Source: a virus
Taxonomy: Duplodnaviria > Heunggongvirae > Uroviricota > Caudoviricetes
DNA length: 16,988 nucleotides
Direction: 5' to 3' (one strand)
Virus record (IMG/VR): IMGVR_UViG_3300031853_000017
Location: 66,397 to 83,384 of that record
Positions within the stretch are counted from its first letter, which is position 1; each line of letters starts with the position of its first letter. Positions 15,240 through 16,988 of this stretch are shown here, one piece after another. The position numbers were made by a program, and so were the translations under genes. The notes below the pieces were generated by a model that was not told the DNA's origin, ran no database searches, and worked only from the letters and a program-made list of their open reading frames with translations.

Positions 15240-15437
15240 ATGTTATTTAGAAGTAATGTATTAGTTGGTTATGACTTTGATACAGAAGGTAACGATTTTG
15301 ACGAAATGGTAAATAATGGCACTTTAGTATTTTCGGAAGATAGAGGGCGTTACATACTGTCTAATACTGAGAATAATAAAGAGATTAAGATACTATTCGA
15401 TACCGATAATAAAGATAAGAATAAAAAAATTGATTGA
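15240..15437 (+). CDS. Hypothetical protein
   Basis: GAGGA RBS; 65 aa; ATGA-type overlap with the next gene. Confidence 0.6.
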   Translation: MLFRSNVLVGYDFDTEGNDFDEMVNNGTLVFSEDRGRYILSNTENNKEIKILFDTDNKDKNKKID

Positions 15438-15787
15438 CTATGAAGATAACTAAAGAAATGTTTCCTGATTATAGCATAGTGCGTCATACAAGTTATGGTC
15501 GGGAAGTTGATTATGCACAAGTTGGTTTTATAAATATTTCTGAACGAGATATTGCAGCATTATTAAATGGTGAGATATTAGATGTAGTTGGCGATATTCC
15601 TATTTTGATAAGATTTCAGCACAATGATAATCTTACATTTGGAGAATCTGTTTTGAAATATATGAAACCACGCAAACCGTTTTCTGAATTAACCGATTCA
15701 GAAAAAGAAAGAGCAATAAAATTTTTGGAAGATAATCCAAACTTTATTTTCGATGTGTGGCGAGGACAATATGAAAAATATAAGTAA
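15434..15787 (+). CDS. Hypothetical protein
   Basis: 117-aa ORF coupled to the previous gene. Confidence 0.65.
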   Translation: MTMKITKEMFPDYSIVRHTSYGREVDYAQVGFINISERDIAALLNGEILDVVGDIPILIRFQHNDNLTFGESVLKYMKPRKPFSELTDSEKERAIKFLEDNPNFIFDVWRGQYEKYK

Positions 15788-15810
15788 CGGGTTTTATGTA
15801 GGAGGTGCAT

Positions 15811-16293
15811 ATGTTAAAGCCAGCAATTTTATACAAGAATAAAATACTTGAATTGTTTGCAAAAGAACTATACACAGAAGATTATTTTTATTATAACGGT
15901 TATGATTGCGGAAGCTGCTTGCCCACCATTGAGCCAAGGGAAGATGTATATACATATGCTTGCGTAGATAAGTCAGATAATGTAATAGGTTATCTCACAT
16001 ATAGGATTTATTCATTGACCGACACTGTTTGCGATTTCGGGCTTTATTCTTTCGATAAAGGCAATCCGATTCTCGGCGTAGATGTATTGCGAAAACTAAA
16101 AGAGTTGATTTCAAAATATCATAAAGTTGAGTGGAGAGTTATTGAAGGAAATCCAGTAAAAAGACATTATGATAAGTTTTGCAAAAAATATAATGGCAAT
16201 ATTATTCATTTGCACGATACGAGCAAAGATTTAGACGGGCGTTTTAGGGATAGTTTTATTTATGAAATCATTAGAGATAGAAGGTATTTTTAA
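15811..16293 (+). CDS. Putative GNAT-fold (RimJ/RimL-like) acetyltransferase
   Basis: GGAGGT RBS. VIGYLTY strand, V-I-E-G-N-P...YDKFCKKY and C-terminal DG.FRD..IYEI resemble RimJ/RimL-type GNAT ends. Confidence 0.55.
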   Translation: MLKPAILYKNKILELFAKELYTEDYFYYNGYDCGSCLPTIEPREDVYTYACVDKSDNVIGYLTYRIYSLTDTVCDFGLYSFDKGNPILGVDVLRKLKELISKYHKVEWRVIEGNPVKRHYDKFCKKYNGNIIHLHDTSKDLDGRFRDSFIYEIIRDRRYF

Positions 16294-16631
16294 TGAACAA
16301 AGAAGAAATGTTAATAATAGACGTGCCATATAGAGAACTGCATCTTTTAATGGATAGCGATTCCGTGCGAAGATTTGAAAACTGCGGCAATACAGTACAT
16401 AAAACATACGTCGATACAGAAAACGCTGTCTATTCTCAAACGCCGTTGATTTTCACAACAATTACTCATTTCCTGAGATGGTCTTTTGCCACAAGATTAT
16501 TTGTGCATATAAACGGCGGTGAGCACGAGCTTACGATTGGCGACTGCGAGGGAACGACAAGAGAAATCCGCGCAGGGCATAATTTAGAAAAACTTCTAAT
16601 TTCTGGCGAATTTGATTGGTGGCGAGATTGA
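16293..16631 (+). CDS. Hypothetical protein
   Basis: 112 aa; TAATG overlap with the previous stop. Confidence 0.7.
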   Translation: MNKEEMLIIDVPYRELHLLMDSDSVRRFENCGNTVHKTYVDTENAVYSQTPLIFTTITHFLRWSFATRLFVHINGGEHELTIGDCEGTTREIRAGHNLEKLLISGEFDWWRD

Positions 16632-16811
16632 TATGTTAAAACCGGTTGTGTATTCTGCGCATTTGGTTGCCATCTTGAAAAAGAGCCAAATAGATTTCAA
16701 AGATTGAAACAAACACATCCGAATCTTTGGGAGTATTGTATGAAAAATTGGGAAAATGGCGGTTTAGGGATGAAAAATGTTTTGGATTATATCAATGTAA
16801 AAACAGAGTGA
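16632..16811 (+). pseudogene. C-terminal relic of a PAPS-reductase-family phage gene
   Basis: Not in the ORF track. Translates YVKTGCVFCAFGCHLEKEPNRFQRLKQTHPNLWEYCMKNWENGGLGMKNVLDYINVKTE*, which resembles the TGCxFCxFG...RF..L...HP..Y.YC...GGLG tail of Firmicutes phage PAPS-reductase-like proteins. No start codon or RBS before the Cys motif. Confidence 0.7.
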
Positions 16812-16834
16812 GAAAGGTAAACATAAAAAACACA

Positions 16835-16988
16835 ATGAAGAAAATAATTGTTGATATGGATGATACGGCAACATGGTTATTGCCAACATGGGTTAGTTTG
16901 CTTAATAAAGAACATAATCTGTGTGTCGATTGGAGAGATATTAAAGAATGGGATATGACTAAAGCATTCCCAACTTTATCTAAAAATC
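16835..16988 (+). CDS. 5'(3')-deoxyribonucleotidase-like HAD phosphatase, 3'-truncated
   Basis: Not in the ORF track. MKKIIVDMDDTATWLLPTWVSLLNKEHNLCVDWRDIKEWDM shows the HAD DxD motif I and an NT5C-like ..I..WD pattern; runs off the window end. Confidence 0.7.
   Translation, partial: MKKIIVDMDDTATWLLPTWVSLLNKEHNLCVDWRDIKEWDMTKAFPTLSKN

Larger units (their letters stand above)
1..16988. mobile_element. Accessory/early region of a large phage, prophage or phage-like element (Bacillota host inferred)
   Basis: Tightly packed co-oriented ORFs with overlapping stop/start codons; many small hypothetical and Zn-ribbon genes; orphan MTases; SNF2 helicase; ImmR/ImmA-type pair; non-housekeeping groES/groEL context. 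No capsid, terminase or integrase in the window, so the element type is inferred. Confidence 0.75.

Noticed and set aside
2772-16000. Other overlapping ORFs in the track (2772-3050, 3181-3369, 5991-6293, 7439-7693, 7453-7656, 9282-9494, 9877-10134, 10769-11056, 11809-12006, 14117-14308, 15616-15810)
   Set aside because: All lie wholly or largely inside well-supported genes, in another frame or strand, and have no independent support.
16629-16631. Genome-wide TGA recoding as the explanation for the PAPS fragment
   Set aside because: TGA acts as a normal stop at several genes with coupled downstream starts, and no long conserved gene contains an internal TGA.
15809-16640. 10-bp direct repeat ATATGTTAAA (15809 and 16631) as a target-site duplication around the GNAT and next gene
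   Set aside because: Removing the segment does not rebuild a PAPS-reductase gene, and a 10-bp AT-rich match containing ATG can arise by chance.
1-16988. CRISPR array, tRNA or rRNA genes, IS elements, att sites
   Set aside because: No regularly spaced repeats, cloverleaf-like intergenic segments, transposase or integrase were found; intergenic gaps are short and explained by promoters.

Overview
AT-rich, gene-dense window, almost all on the + strand, with Firmicutes-type Shine-Dalgarno sites (GGAGG/GAGGTG) and sigmaA-consensus promoters. Gene content points to the accessory/early region of a large temperate phage, prophage or phage-like episome of a Bacillota (probably Clostridia) host. No structural, integrase, rRNA, tRNA or CRISPR features are visible. 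In order: (1) a divergent GroES-like/GroEL pair coupled to an orphan beta-class DNA methyltransferase; (2) a minus-strand XRE repressor plus ImmA/IrrE metallopeptidase, controlled by two face-to-face consensus promoters with candidate operators; (3) an ADP-ribosylglycohydrolase; (4) a separately promoted operon of an RlaP-like Pol-beta nucleotidyltransferase, an unknown 322-aa protein with palm-polymerase-like acidic motifs and a CCA-adding enzyme, which is the best candidate for an undescribed RNA-repair/counter-defence system; (5) a second methyltransferase with a coiled-coil tail, then a SNF2 helicase frameshifted by a 16-bp tandem duplication; (6) small hypothetical and Zn-ribbon genes; (7) a radical SAM protein, a GNAT-like protein, a relic C-terminal fragment of a PAPS-reductase-family gene and the start of a 5'(3')-deoxyribonucleotidase. 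All family calls come from motif recognition by eye; no searches were run.
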